Source: Octopus vulgaris
Taxonomy: Eukaryota
NCBI GenBank assembly: GCA_951406725.2
Contig: OX597831.1
Coordinates: 8,928,001-8,992,000, forward strand
Length of the DNA: 64,000 nucleotides
Direction of reading: 5' to 3'
Each line of letters opens with the position of its first letter. The stretch's first letter is position 1. The notes below the pieces were generated by a model that was not told the origin of the DNA, made no database searches, and worked only from the letters and a program-made list of their open reading frames with translations. Shown here piece by piece: positions 40,391-53,536 of the stretch. The position numbers and the translations under genes are program-made.

Positions 40391-41085
40391 CAATAACAAC
40401 AACAATAATAATAGTTTCAAATTTTGTCACAAGGCCAGCAAGTTCGAGGGACGGGCGTTAGTCGAAAACATGGACCATAGTGTATATCTGGTATTTATTT
40501 CGTCGACTCCGAAAGGATGAAAGACAAAGTCACCCTCGGCTGAATTCGAACGAGTAACTCAAAGCGACGTGTAACTTACCCCTCCCCCACACACACCCAC
40601 ACAAATGAAAACCTCTCTGTTTTTATTGGCCATAGGAAATCAAACTAAATTCCAAAGAGAGAAGAGAGTGTTTAGAAGAACGTGTGGCGCCGGATAGTCG
40701 ATGTGTTGTACAAAGCCTGGATAAGGTGAAGGCAAAAGTATTAAAAGCACCATACTAAGTTATTTAATAATAATTAACACATATTCTTGGGAAATTTGAC
40801 GGGTAGATGTTGTTGCTACCATCTGTGGTTGTTTTTAGAGTAAGAGGCAGAAAGAAAGAGGTTTTGCTAAGAAATAGAAGAGAGGGAGAAATTCCCTCAA
40901 GGAGAGAAAACTGCTGACAGATTTTTCAATCTTTGGGGGGCTTTTTTATTCGAGTGAGAGGACATATGAAAGAATATTTTTCCTGATTTTCCTGTTTTGT
41001 AAGTAGATGCAAATAACGTTATTTCGCTATGTTTTGGAGCTTATCAATACACTGCAACTTGGGATCGGGAGACTACATGGTCTAG

Positions 41086-41528
41086 ATTATTTACATTTGA
41101 CGGATATCTTGTTTGTTGTTAAACACATCGTTTCGGTTGATATACCCTCCAGCCTTCATTAGGTGTCCTGAGGAAGTTTCAAATCTGGGTTCTCATTCCT
41201 AAGGTATTTTTCTATGTTGTTGTTGTTGTTGTTATTATTATTATTATTATTCAGGTCACTGCTTGGAATGGAACTCGGAATCTTGAGGTTAGTAGCCTGC
41301 GCTCTTAACCACTAGGCCATATGCCCGTGGGCATATGATAATACTACTACTACTAATAAGAATAATAACATAGAAAAAAACCTTAGGAATGAGAACTCAG
41401 GTTCGAAATTTCCCCAAGACACCTGATGAAGATTGGAAGGCATATCATAACAACAAACAAGAGGAGGAGAAATATCCGTCAAATGTAAATAATGTACATA
41501 ATTCCTCATCTCTTACATATAGAACTGT
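41086..41528. mobile_element. Head-to-head inverted dimer of the tRNA-plus-hammerhead element
   Basis: Left copy (minus, 41086-41326) has the tRNA head and a mutated HHR. Centre palindrome CATATGCCC-GT-GGGCATATG at 41318-41337. Right copy (+) lacks the tRNA body, has CTGATGA at about 41423, and has lost GAAAC. Confidence 0.88.
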
Positions 41529-41578
41529 GCATGGTCTATGTTCATATAAAACGTTTAGGAACTATATCTCTTTTTTTT

Positions 41579-41787
41579 TACTCTTTTACTCTTTTACTTG
41601 TTTCAGTCATTTTGACTGCGGCCATGCTGGAGCACCGCCTTTAGTCGAGCAAATCGACCCCGGGAATTATTCTTTCTAAGCCCAGTGCTTATTCTATCGG
41701 TCTGTTTTAGCGAACCGCTAAGTGACGGAGACATAAAGACACCAGCATCGGTTGTCAAGCAATGCTAGGGGGACAAACACAGACACA

Positions 41788-41845
<58 letters not shown>

Positions 41846-42020
41846 CATACATATATACGACGGGCTTCTTTCAGTTTCCGTCTAACAAATCCACTCACAA
41901 GGCATTGGTCGGCCCGGGGCTATAGCAGAATACACATGCCCAAGATGCCACGCAGTGGGATTGAACCTGGAACCATGTGGTTGGTTAGCAAGCTACTTAC
42001 TACACAGCCACTCCTGCGCC
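41579..42020 (-). mobile_element. SINE family A, full length
   Basis: Matches the other family A copies end to end. Confidence 0.93.
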
Positions 42021-42629
42021 TGTATATATACGATGGATTTTCTTTTCTTCTTTTTAATAGTCGAAAAACGAAATGAAGAAAGTGAGAGATGGAGGAGAGT
42101 GAAAGCTCCCGAATCATTTACAATTACAATTACAATTAACATTATGCAGAGTACAATCGATATTTTCTATTTAATTTACTTTTAACAATAGCAGGGAGAA
42201 CGAAGAGGGATAGAGGTTGATAGGAGAGAAAGTGTTTAACTATTTAAGAGTCCATTCTGGGAGTCTTTTAAGGATCTTATCAGTTTTTGTATAATCAAAC
42301 TTTGTCGGATAAAACCAGTAAGATTCATGTCGGCCTTGGACGCGCCGATGAGGAAATACGAAACACTAACTCGACAATAACCAGAGCCGCACAACAAATT
42401 CTTCAACATCTTCTTTCTTAATATCAGGAAATTTCCCCAAATAGTTTGCCTCCTTCTAATTTAGTCATTCTGTTTTCTTGTATATATTTAGGACAAAGAA
42501 TTATAAGTGGAGTATTAATATTCTTTCTCGTGTGATTTGTTCCGCAACATAATTCTTAATAAATATAAATATTGTGTGAAGCGATGTTTTTCTCAAAAGA
42601 GAAATGATAATGAGTGTGTGTGTATGTAT

Positions 42630-42714
<85 letters not shown>

Positions 42715-42818
42715 CGTTACACACACACGCACAGAAACACATATGTACGAATACATATACTAGAGTTTCTATGTATATTTGTGTAAACACACACGTATAT
42801 GTTTATGTCTAAAAACAT

Positions 42819-42869
<51 letters not shown>

Positions 42870-43008
42870 GTATATATGTCTGTATATATATATATATGTA
42901 TATATATACATATGTATATATATATATATATATATATGTATACATATACATATGTATATATATACATATGTATATATATACATATACATACATACATACA
43001 TACATATA

Positions 43009-43044
<36 letters not shown>

Positions 43045-43549
43045 TATATATACATACATATATGCACATATATACATATACGGAAGTATATGTACCTTGG
43101 ATAAAATGACAATGAAAGAAGACTGGCACACAAGCCCCCTCTAGCACGTTTGGTATAATGCTATAAATGAAAGCTAATTGTGGTCAATGAATATCGATAT
43201 TCGAGAATTTAAAGAAGAATTATGAAGAAATTGGGTCATAAAAACTCTCTTTAGATGTTATTAAGTTTAATGTCTTTGCAAAACAGCGGGGTTTTATAGA
43301 TTGTTTGGGGTGCGGGGTAGTTGTAGGAGGCTATGGTGATGTGACAATGTGTAAATATATGCAACAAGAACTTCTTATCTGTGCACACACCGTGTGCTCA
43401 CGCGCAACACTGCGTCGAGACATTGGCTTACGTTCTGACGGAGAGAAACACAAACACTTCAACACGCAGCGGTGCTCTAACACAAACATACAAACACCCC
43501 CTCCATACATGCATGCACACTTAAAGAAACACCCACACACAAACGATTA

Positions 43550-43608
<59 letters not shown>

Positions 43609-45053
43609 ATATATATATATATATATATATATTTACATACATATACATATACATATACATATATATATGTATATATATATTCATGCGTATCTCTATAAAT
43701 TATACATATATTTATGTGTGTGTGTTTGTGTGTATACATATATATATATGTGTGGGTGTGTATACATTTATATAGATTATAAACACAAGACATAGTATAT
43801 AAATCATTTCATATGCTGTCTTTCTCTATCTCTCTCTTTCACTCTCTGTCTGTCTGTTTGTCTCGTTCTCTCTCTCTCTCTCTCCCTATATATATATATA
43901 TATACAGGTGTGTATACAAATGAACAAATGAACATACACTTTATATATATGTGTGTGTGTGTGTATGTGTGTGTACGTGTGTGTGTGTGTGTAGGTAGAT
44001 ATATAATTAGAGAGAAATTGAAAGAGATAGAGGATGAGAGAAAGAGAAGCAGAGAGTGAAAAATGTTAAAGGGGGGGGGGCAAAATGAGAGAATAGAGAA
44101 TAAAAGAAATAAAAGATGAGTAGTTTGATAGATTCGTAGAGATATCGATGAGGATATATTGAAATAGATGTATAGATATACTTAAGTCGGTACATTTATT
44201 CATATATTCTCAACAGAGCTCTCACTTGAAATGTCTGCCACACAAGCATAGAGGATCACGAACACACACACATAGATATCTGCAATTATATATACACACA
44301 TATACATCTATATTTTAATACAAAAACACATTTACAGTATACACTGGAATGCCTGCATACACACGTACATAGATATCTGTGAGTCGTTGAGTGGATGTGC
44401 AAGCGTGCATGTATGTATGTATGTATGTATGTATGTATGTATGTATGTATGAGAGTGTGTGTATGCGTGCGTCTGTCTGTGTGTCTGTGCGATAAGTATT
44501 TCTTTGAGATAATATCATTCCAAATTATCGTAATGTTAACCTCCTGTAATTGATATTAAGGTAACACTGAAACACTTAATGAACTAACAACTATACGATT
44601 AGCATAATTGCTATAAATTCTCCTACGTTTATTTTTTTTTTATATGCTTCTGGTGTCGGTGACGGCGTGTAGTTAAGTGTTATTTATTTTTAATAGCTAG
44701 TCTATAGAAATATGTATGAAAGCATCGTAGGATGGAGGAAATATTTCTGAAAGTAGAAGAATGTGTCGCAGTTCCAACGCTTGTGTATCAAACGGCAAAA
44801 TCTCAGAAGTTAACGTTCCCGTCAACAGAACCATCAATGTTTTAATGGCCTTTTAATCTATGTGGATAGTCAATAAATAAACATGTATGCATGCATGTAT
44901 GTATGTATGTATGTATGTATGTATGTATGTATGTATGTATGTATGTATGTATGTATGTACGTGCGCGTGTACGTACATATATATATGTGTGTGTATATAT
45001 ACGTGTGTGTGTGTATATATATATATATACACACATATGTACACACATACACT

Positions 45054-45137
<84 letters not shown>

Positions 45138-45256
45138 TAGATATATTTATAGTAATGATAATAATAAGCCATAGATGGAATTTGTAGATTTTGTATGCAT
45201 ATTCAAAACGTTTCCTATACACGAACATAAAAGATATACATATATATATATATATA

Positions 45257-45305
<49 letters not shown>

Positions 45306-45623
45306 AGATTATGGCAGGTAATGGTGTCATATAGACCAAAATGTGCCAGGTAATGCTGAATAAGTGCCATAAATAAGTTCCAGGTTCGGTGATTATGCGA
45401 ATAAGGGGTTCAACGTTGATCATGTCAGCGTGAGTATATAAATTTTTTTTTTTTCGTAATGAGATAAAAAGCCAAGGCTGTGTAGATTTTAGAACATTTA
45501 AAGATTGAAGGTCTTACAGCTGTTTCCAGAATATTTTTATATCCCTTCAGCGGAGACGGTCTGAGAGGATGGTTAAGAAATAGTAAATTTAGACAAGATA
45601 TAAAATAGAGAGTGAGGTTGAGG

Positions 45624-45987
45624 AAATAAAAGAAGATAGATGTGAGATATGCAGGGATATTGCATTTGTAGATCCATTTTTTTAGGCAGAATGGTATACA
45701 TATAATATTCCAATACCTTATGAGTAACATCCAATAGTATTTAAAATTGGTTATTCCAAGTACACAGTTTATACACAGTGTTATTGAATGAATGGTTTTA
45801 TTTAAATAAAACCCTTGATTCAATAACACTGTGTATAAACTCTATACTTGGAATGACCAATTTTAAATACTATTGGATTTTATTCATAAGGTATTGTATT
45901 GGAATATTATATGTATACCATTCTGCCTAAAAAATGGATCTACAAATGCAATATCCCTGCATATCTCACATCTGTTTTCTTTTATTT
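45624..45987. repeat. 364-bp near-perfect palindrome (about 180-bp arms, essentially no loop)
   Basis: Centre GGTTTTATTT|AAATAAAACC at 45794-45813. Outside a short mismatched patch next to the centre, the arms differ by about 7 substitutions, one 5-bp duplication and a 1-bp T-run difference. Confidence 0.95.
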
Positions 45988-46179
45988 AGTAGACGGAAAC
46001 TGAAAGAACCCGTTGTATATATATATATGGTGTATTTACGTCTCTGTAATTTGGCAGTTTGGCAAAAGAGACAGATGGAATAGGTACTAGGCTTGCAAAG
46101 AATAAGTCCTGGGGTCAATTTCTTCGACTAATGGCGGTGTGCTAGCATGGCCAAAGTCACATGACCGAAACAAGTAAAA

Positions 46180-46180
<1 letters not shown>
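45988..46180 (+). mobile_element. 5'-truncated SINE family A fused to the palindrome end
   Basis: GTAGACGGAAACTGAAAGAA..GGCAAAAGAGAC..AAAGAATAAGTCCTGGGGTC..GAAACAAGTAAAAG. Confidence 0.8.
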
Positions 46181-46254
<74 letters not shown>

Positions 46255-46578
46255 AGAAAGGTGTTGTTGAGTGAATGGTGTTCGTTGGTTGCATTGAGAC
46301 TGACATTTGCTTAGACTTTCCGCCCTCTGGCATTTTCTCATTTCGAAACAAAAGTACCAACTCTACACTTCTATGGACTTCTTCAACAGATAATGTTGTT
46401 TCAATGAATAGCAGACGCTCCTCTATGATAAAAAGTTTCGAAGTTACATACAGACATACAGACAGACGAACAGATAGGCTGATGCATGCATGCATACACA
46501 CACGCGTATATGAATTTATATATACTCATAGACACCCAGACAGACATTTGAATATATGTACACACACATATATATGTA

Positions 46579-46631
<53 letters not shown>

Positions 46632-46643
46632 ATATAAACATAT

Positions 46644-46695
<52 letters not shown>

Positions 46696-46703
46696 CTAAA
46701 CAA

Positions 46704-46750
<47 letters not shown>

Positions 46751-47241
46751 GGCTTATTTCTGTTCCTGACCGTCTATGTCTGCTGTCGCCCTCCTACATC
46801 TCTGTATGCCTGGGTTGGTTGTGGGGCTGGTTGTGGGTGGCAGAAAGAGGGGCGTAAATTCTGTAAAGATCAATGTAGAAAGGTCAGTTCAGATAAAATA
46901 ATGATAAAATGAAGTGAAATTGAAGATAATAACAATAATAGAAAATGGAAAATGAAATATTCTAAAAAGAAATTATGGAAATTAGCAGAATAAGAATAAA
47001 ACAAACAAAAATGTTGAAATGAAATTATAACTAATAATAAAATAAGAGTGCAATAATGGCGAGAAATAGGGAAGAATGTTTTGAAATTAATGTTTTGTAC
47101 TTTTTACTCATTTCACTTATTGCACTGCGTCCCTGCTGCGACACTACCTTGTGGTGTTTACTCGAAGAAGTCGACTTCAAAACTTGTTTTTCAGTCTTGT
47201 ACTTATTCTGTCTATCTCTTTTTCAATCGGTATGTCAGGGG

Positions 47242-47324
<83 letters not shown>

Positions 47325-47341
47325 ATCTATCTATCTATCTA

Positions 47342-47507
<166 letters not shown>

Positions 47508-47602
47508 CTCCTTCTATAAAATAAATTACTTTACTCTGCTATGTATTGAGTACCTTATTTACTGTGGTTAACCCCGACTCAACCCGGGACCTACATATAT
47601 AA

Positions 47603-47641
<39 letters not shown>

Positions 47642-47681
47642 CGTTTATTGCTAAACTGGCAATATGACCATTCCGAAATAT

Positions 47682-47747
<66 letters not shown>

Positions 47748-48202
47748 CCCCTGATTATCTTTAGAAAAAATATTATAATATTATAGAGTGATATATTAAA
47801 TTAATAGATACTACACATATATATTAATATAGTTAGCTTATTTAATGAGTTTGTTTATATTTGAACCATTTCTTATTTTGATTACAATATTAATGACTTG
47901 TTCTAGCATTGTGTATATTAATTAATTTTGAAGTATTGAATAATTTAAGTATTGTTTTTAGTGTTCACTTAATGTATATAAATATATATATATAAATAAA
48001 TATAAGAGAGTGGTCACTATGTGGCTCACTCTAGCACTAGTAATAGATCCAATAGGTTTCAACCACAAAAATACATGTTTCCCATGAAAGTGCACTGGGC
48101 CACTTGGTGTTGAATAGGTATACTATTAAATTAGTATCTAATTCTCTCACCCTTATTAATTAATTATATATACATATATATATTTTAAAGTATATAATAA
48201 AA

Positions 48203-48246
<44 letters not shown>

Positions 48247-48645
48247 TGAGTTAAATTAGAAGTTACAAAGACCGTCTAAATGTATACTTGTATCCAATGG
48301 ATTACCTGGTGTGTTACCTAGATGAGATAATGTATTTTATATAATTAATTAATAATAATTGATGTTTATCAATTATCAACTTTATCTCCATCTTCTTATT
48401 TTCTTATATATATATATATATATCGAATGATGAGAATAAGTGCTCAACATCACATTGATGGATAGAATTTCTTTCTTTGCGTATTAAGGATATAGTTGGT
48501 TTCATGTTTAGGGTGATTGGTGACTTGTGAAATCGCTCATCGCCTCCCGAATTGCAGCAGAGCTTGTTTTCGGTTTTCACAAAACGCTGCGTTAGCCGTC
48601 AAGACAGGCAGTCCAGGTACGGACTAAAATCCACTAATAATAATG

Positions 48646-48720
<75 letters not shown>

Positions 48721-48741
48721 GTAATAATAATAATAATAATG

Positions 48742-48795
<54 letters not shown>

Positions 48796-48799
<4 letters not shown>

Positions 48800-49176
48800 T
48801 GCTTTCTAATTGATGTATCAATACCGGCTGATGACAACGTGTCTCTAAAAGAAATGGAGAAACTCTCAAAATACAATGACCTGGAAATAGAGGTAACTAG
48901 AATGTGGAATCTGAAAACAGAAACAATTCCTATCATAGTAGGTGCATTAGGCATGATAAAAAAATACTCAGACAAATACATAACAAAAACACCAGGACTT
49001 ACAAACACATATAACATACAGAAAATTGCACTACTAGGCACTGCACACATCCTACGCAGAACACTTTCCATACAATAACCATCAGAGCATCACAACAAAT
49101 CACAGCACATACCCAAGGCACACAGAGCTGTGCTCGGTAGTGAAGTGAAATCACGCTATAAAAATAAAACTACTGA
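48796..49176 (+). mobile_element. R4/Dong-type RLE retrotransposon 3' end (young, open frame) inserted in (TAA)n
   Basis: KCFLIDVSIPADDNVSLKEMEKLSKYNDLEIEVTRMWNLKTETIPIIVGALG..IQKIALLGTAHILRRTLSIQ* (stop 49076-49078), then a 3' UTR. (TAA)n lies on both sides (48634-48795 and 49177-49210). Confidence 0.9.
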
Positions 49177-49211
49177 ATAATAATAATAATAATAGTAATA
49201 ATAATAATAGT

Positions 49212-49385
49212 AAATGGAACAAATAGTGGCTACAATGAGTGTGGAGTACTTGCAGAAAACAGCACTGCTTCGAACCGCTCGAATACTCTGGATGGTGCTC
49301 GAAAAATAAATATTCCCTTAGTTCACTGGTGCGGAACAGCTGACACCGTAGTACATCTTCAGCGTTAGAAGCTGTGCAAAGGCAA
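49212..49385 (+). mobile_element. Second, divergent R4/Dong-type 3' end
   Basis: MEQIVATMSVEYLQKTALLRTARILWMVLEK*, then a UTR and (TAA)n. Confidence 0.75.
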
Positions 49386-49410
49386 TAATAATAATGATAG
49401 TAATAGTAAA

Positions 49411-49687
49411 GTGCTAGAGAGTGGGAAATACAAGAATGTATTACAAGAAATAGACTGGAGAACACGTAAATTAATTACAATGAACAAGGAACTACACCCC
49501 AAGAGTGATGTGTCAAAATTGTACGTAAAGAGGAAAGAAAGAGGACGGGGATTGGTGTGTTGTGAAGGTTGTGTAAGGAGAATAGCCTGGGGCTTGAAAG
49601 AAGAAATGATTGAAGGAGAGAAAATGCACGGAACCTTAAAAGTGAACGAAGCGTAAATCCAACACAATTTAAGAAAGGCCAGAGAGA

Positions 49688-49738
<51 letters not shown>

Positions 49739-50020
49739 GGGGGGGAGGAGAGAGATAGCAGATGAAGAAAGATGAAATTGATTGGAAGAGAAACTGCTAA
49801 TAGCTGCAGAATTACAGGAAATATGGAAAGTGCAGGAAAATGTATCCAAGTAGTTATAAGGGCCCTGCGACCTGTCCCTGAAGATCCGAACAGATGGATA
49901 GAGGAAATAAGCAAAAAACCCAGATTAGTACAGTTCCAGAAGACAGGGTTATTAGGGACAGCTAGGATACTTAGGAGGGTTATTGGCATCTAAGGTTACT
50001 TTTGGTAGCCCGATGTTAGG
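49411..50020 (+). mobile_element. R4/Dong-type RT-thumb fragment plus a third 3' end
   Basis: LQEIDWRTRKLITMNKELHPKSDVSKLYVKRKERGRGL (49411-49600), and IQVVIRAL..FQKTGLLGTARILRRVIGI* (stop 49991-49993). Confidence 0.8.
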
Positions 50021-50039
50021 ATTTTTTCTTTTCCAACAG

Positions 50040-50740
50040 TCTAATAATAATCAATTCTATATAGCCACAACAGAAGTTGCTGGAAATGGGATTGGCGCAA
50101 GACCAAGCTTTGGTCACTAACTGGAGGGTCAACCTTAGGAATGAGCAAGTGTCTCTGCTGTGCCACATCTGCGATAGAGTAGATGAAACCATAGCATATA
50201 TCAAGAATGAATGCCCTAGACTTGCCCGAAATCACTACAAATTGTAGCAACATGGTCAGGTAGTGAAAGTGCTACTTTGGAAACTGTGCAAAAAGTGGGG
50301 GATAGAGAGAGACAAGATGTGGTATGAGAACAAACCGCAGAGAGTGGCGGAGTAGGAGCCTAGCAAAATCCTCTGGGATTTCTCAATCTAAACATATCAG
50401 ATGCTAAAGTATAACAGACCGGACCTAGTGGCGTTGGACAAGGTGCACGACATATGCTATATATTTGATGCTGCATGTCCCTTTGACACATGAAGAGTCG
50501 AGAAGGAAGGCGAAAAGATAGATACAACCCTCTTAAGTACGAAATAGCCCGGCTATGGATATACTGAAGAAGGTGAAGATAGTGCCAATTATCGTTGGTT
50601 CCTTGGGAATAAATATCACGGCCAGAATAATCAGGAAAGTGTCAGAGAGCTGAGAAGAAGAAAAAGCATGGTACCGTAGGCTGCAGGTAGTAAACGCGCT
50701 ACGCATGCATGACTCCAGGAGTTCCAGCAAAACCTGTGAT
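50040..50740 (+). mobile_element. R4/Dong-type zinc-knuckle plus restriction-like endonuclease region, pseudogenised
   Basis: AQDQALVTNW..LCHICDRVDETIAYIKNECPRLA..KLCKKWG..MWYENKP..KILWDF..NRPDLVALDK..CYIFDAACPFD..LKYEIARLW..VKIVPIIVGSLG, with in-frame stops. Confidence 0.88.
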
Positions 50741-50755
50741 ACAGAGAAACAACAA

Positions 50756-50799
<44 letters not shown>

Positions 50800-50845
50800 A
50801 CGACAACAACAACAACAACAACAATAAAAAGATAAGCATGATGCA

Positions 50846-51016
50846 GGCGCAGGAGTGGCTGTGAGGTAAGTAGCTTGCTAACCAACCACATGGTTCCGGG
50901 TTCAGTCCCACTGCGTGGCATCTTGGGCAAGTGTCTTCTGCTATAGCCCCGGGCCAACCAATGCCTTGTGAGTGGATTTGGTAGACGGAAACTGAAAGAA
51001 GCCTGTCGTATATATG

Positions 51017-51047
<31 letters not shown>

Positions 51048-51272
51048 TTGTGTGTCTGTGTTTGTCCCCCTAGCACTGCTTGACAACCGATGCTGGTGTG
51101 TCTACGTCCCCGCCACCTAGCGGTTCGGCAAAAGAGACCGATAGAATAAGTACTGGGCTTACAAAGAATAAGTTCCGGGATCGAGTTGCTCGATTAAAAG
51201 GCGGTGCTCCAGCATGGCCGCAGTCAAATGACTGAAACAAGTAAAAGAGTAAAAGAGTAAAAGAGAGAGTAA
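50846..51272 (+). mobile_element. SINE family A, full length
   Basis: Head GGCGCAGGAGTGGCTGTGAGG, B-box GGTTCAGTCCC, CTTGGGCAAGTG block, internal (TA)(TG)n and (GTAAAAGA)n tail. Confidence 0.94.
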
Positions 51273-51503
51273 GTTTATACGACTAACGCTGAGAGTTCAG
51301 AGGCAATGAAGAAGGGCGCTTGAAATATGTACGAGATACAGCTTCCGTTTTGTGGTAAATGATGGTATGAGATTGTGGATATTCTCAAATAAAAGATAAA
51401 TAAATAATCCTAAAGAATTAAATCGTTATTTAGGAAACAAAATATTAAGAATAAAGAACAATGATCAGATCAACACATAAAATTTCGCAACCACACACAC
51501 AAA

Positions 51504-51553
<50 letters not shown>

Positions 51554-51621
51554 TTATATACGTATATTGTATATATATTAACACACACACACACATGTAT
51601 ATTAGAAAGTATATATGCACG

Positions 51622-51653
<32 letters not shown>

Positions 51654-51711
51654 TGTATGTGTGTATTTATGTATGTATGTATGTATGTATGTGTGTGTAT
51701 ATGTATGTATG

Positions 51712-51745
<34 letters not shown>

Positions 51746-52949
51746 TGTATGTGTGTATATGTATTATGAACTTTATTTTGCATTCGGTTTATTATAAACG
51801 GAACGAAAACGTTAGATGGTGGTGTGGGCAAAAGAAACAGAATGGATATCGTAGATACAAAACATTATAAACACAAGTAAGATTTATCGAAATAACCAAA
51901 TCTATTTAATGATGGTATATATATTAAGTAGTTAGTTCTAATTACTCTAATATTCTTATCCTTAAAAAAAATAGAACGAAATAGTTCTACGAATTTAAAA
52001 TATTACAAAACGTTATGGCTTAGAACCCAAAATACTTTTAGGTTCACAATAACCATTTATTATTTAAAAATATAAATTGAGAAAAGGAATAAAACGATTA
52101 TAAAATATCTATGACGACATTTATTTAATTCCCATTTCTTTTGGATTAATCATTCTCGAAAAGTCATTATTTTTGTCTGGAATCTTTCTTCCATTTCCTT
52201 CGAATTATTTTGTTTTGCGTAGATTCGTTATTTTCTTGTTCAAGAACATATTAAATGTCTCTGTTTTTTTCTTTCTCTTTTTAACTCTTTCCTCGGCAAA
52301 TATTTAGAATATTGGGAAAATGAAGCTATACTGCAGTTGAGAAGGAATCATTGAATATTTTGATTTTCTTTTTGTTTATTAAGCGAATGCCAGTGTAGCG
52401 AAGGGTTAGACGGTTTAGAAAGATTCCACAAAGTTAAGTAAAAATAGATTTTTTCCTTAGAATAATTTTGTGGTAGGAAAAAATGTTGAATATAATTGCA
52501 TTCCAATATATTGGCATCAATATAGTTTTGCTCTAAATTATGAGCGTTTTCGAATGATACGCCTGCGTATACCTTGGCTATCTTCACCCATGTCTTTGTA
52601 TAATTTGTGTCGTTAGAAATGTTAGAGAAATCAAAAGATAAATGTTAGTAAATAAAGGTATAATTGGATTTATATCTTCTTTTAACAAAGGACTTTAATC
52701 AATAAATACACTGGGAAAATAAAACAAGATTTTTTGAGTCTAAAATTCGTCATTACGAGATATATGACATCATTGATAAACATACGATTTACTGTAGTTT
52801 TTGTGTAATTTTTGTTTGACCTCAGTGTCTGAGACATTAAGTACATCCGGTAATCGCCATATTTTCTAATGAGTACATTTCTCCTTTTTTTGTATACACC
52901 CCATATAATGTACGAAACTGACAAATATTACATACATACATACATACAC

Positions 52950-53495
52950 ACATGGTGGCTGTCCTCTCGTTATCCAGTATGGCCATTGCACGAAGCTTAA
53001 TCAATGTTGTTATCGTGCAATGCCTGTGCAAAAAGATTTTTTTTTAAGTGAGGAAAGGCTGTGCACTGAGTCAATCCCACTCACTAAGCAACAGCAGCCA
53101 TAATCCGAAAAGAAGAACATCATCAATAACCACTGAGCCACAGGTTTTATGTCGGAGTTATCCCAGTTACTCGAGTTACCATCTAGAAGGATGCCCTAAC
53201 AAAGGCTAGGAGTCCTTCACTCCCAATGGTTTAACCGCGCGATCGGGTATTCAGTCCGATTCTTTCTATGTCCCCGCGCATGATACAGCCTTAAGACATT
53301 TATTGGATGGCCGTTGACTCTCAAGAGTTCCTCCGCCCTTTGACGGGTTTTGTTTTTCATCCCGCAGGGTGTCCAATAAACACCCTCCTCGCCAAGCAAG
53401 CTTGGTGGGGTTGCCGGTTTAGTCGCCGACGACCCGACCATGCAACAGGTTGTACTGGGTTACATGTTACCAGTAGCACTCGAAAGTGACCTGAC
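52950..53495 (-). mobile_element. Probable non-autonomous RTE-derived element between (ACAT)n tracts
   Basis: GC-richer block with sharp edges and (ACAT)n on both sides. The family assignment rests on recognition only. Confidence 0.45.
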
Positions 53496-53505
53496 ATAAC
53501 ATACA

Positions 53506-53536
<31 letters not shown>

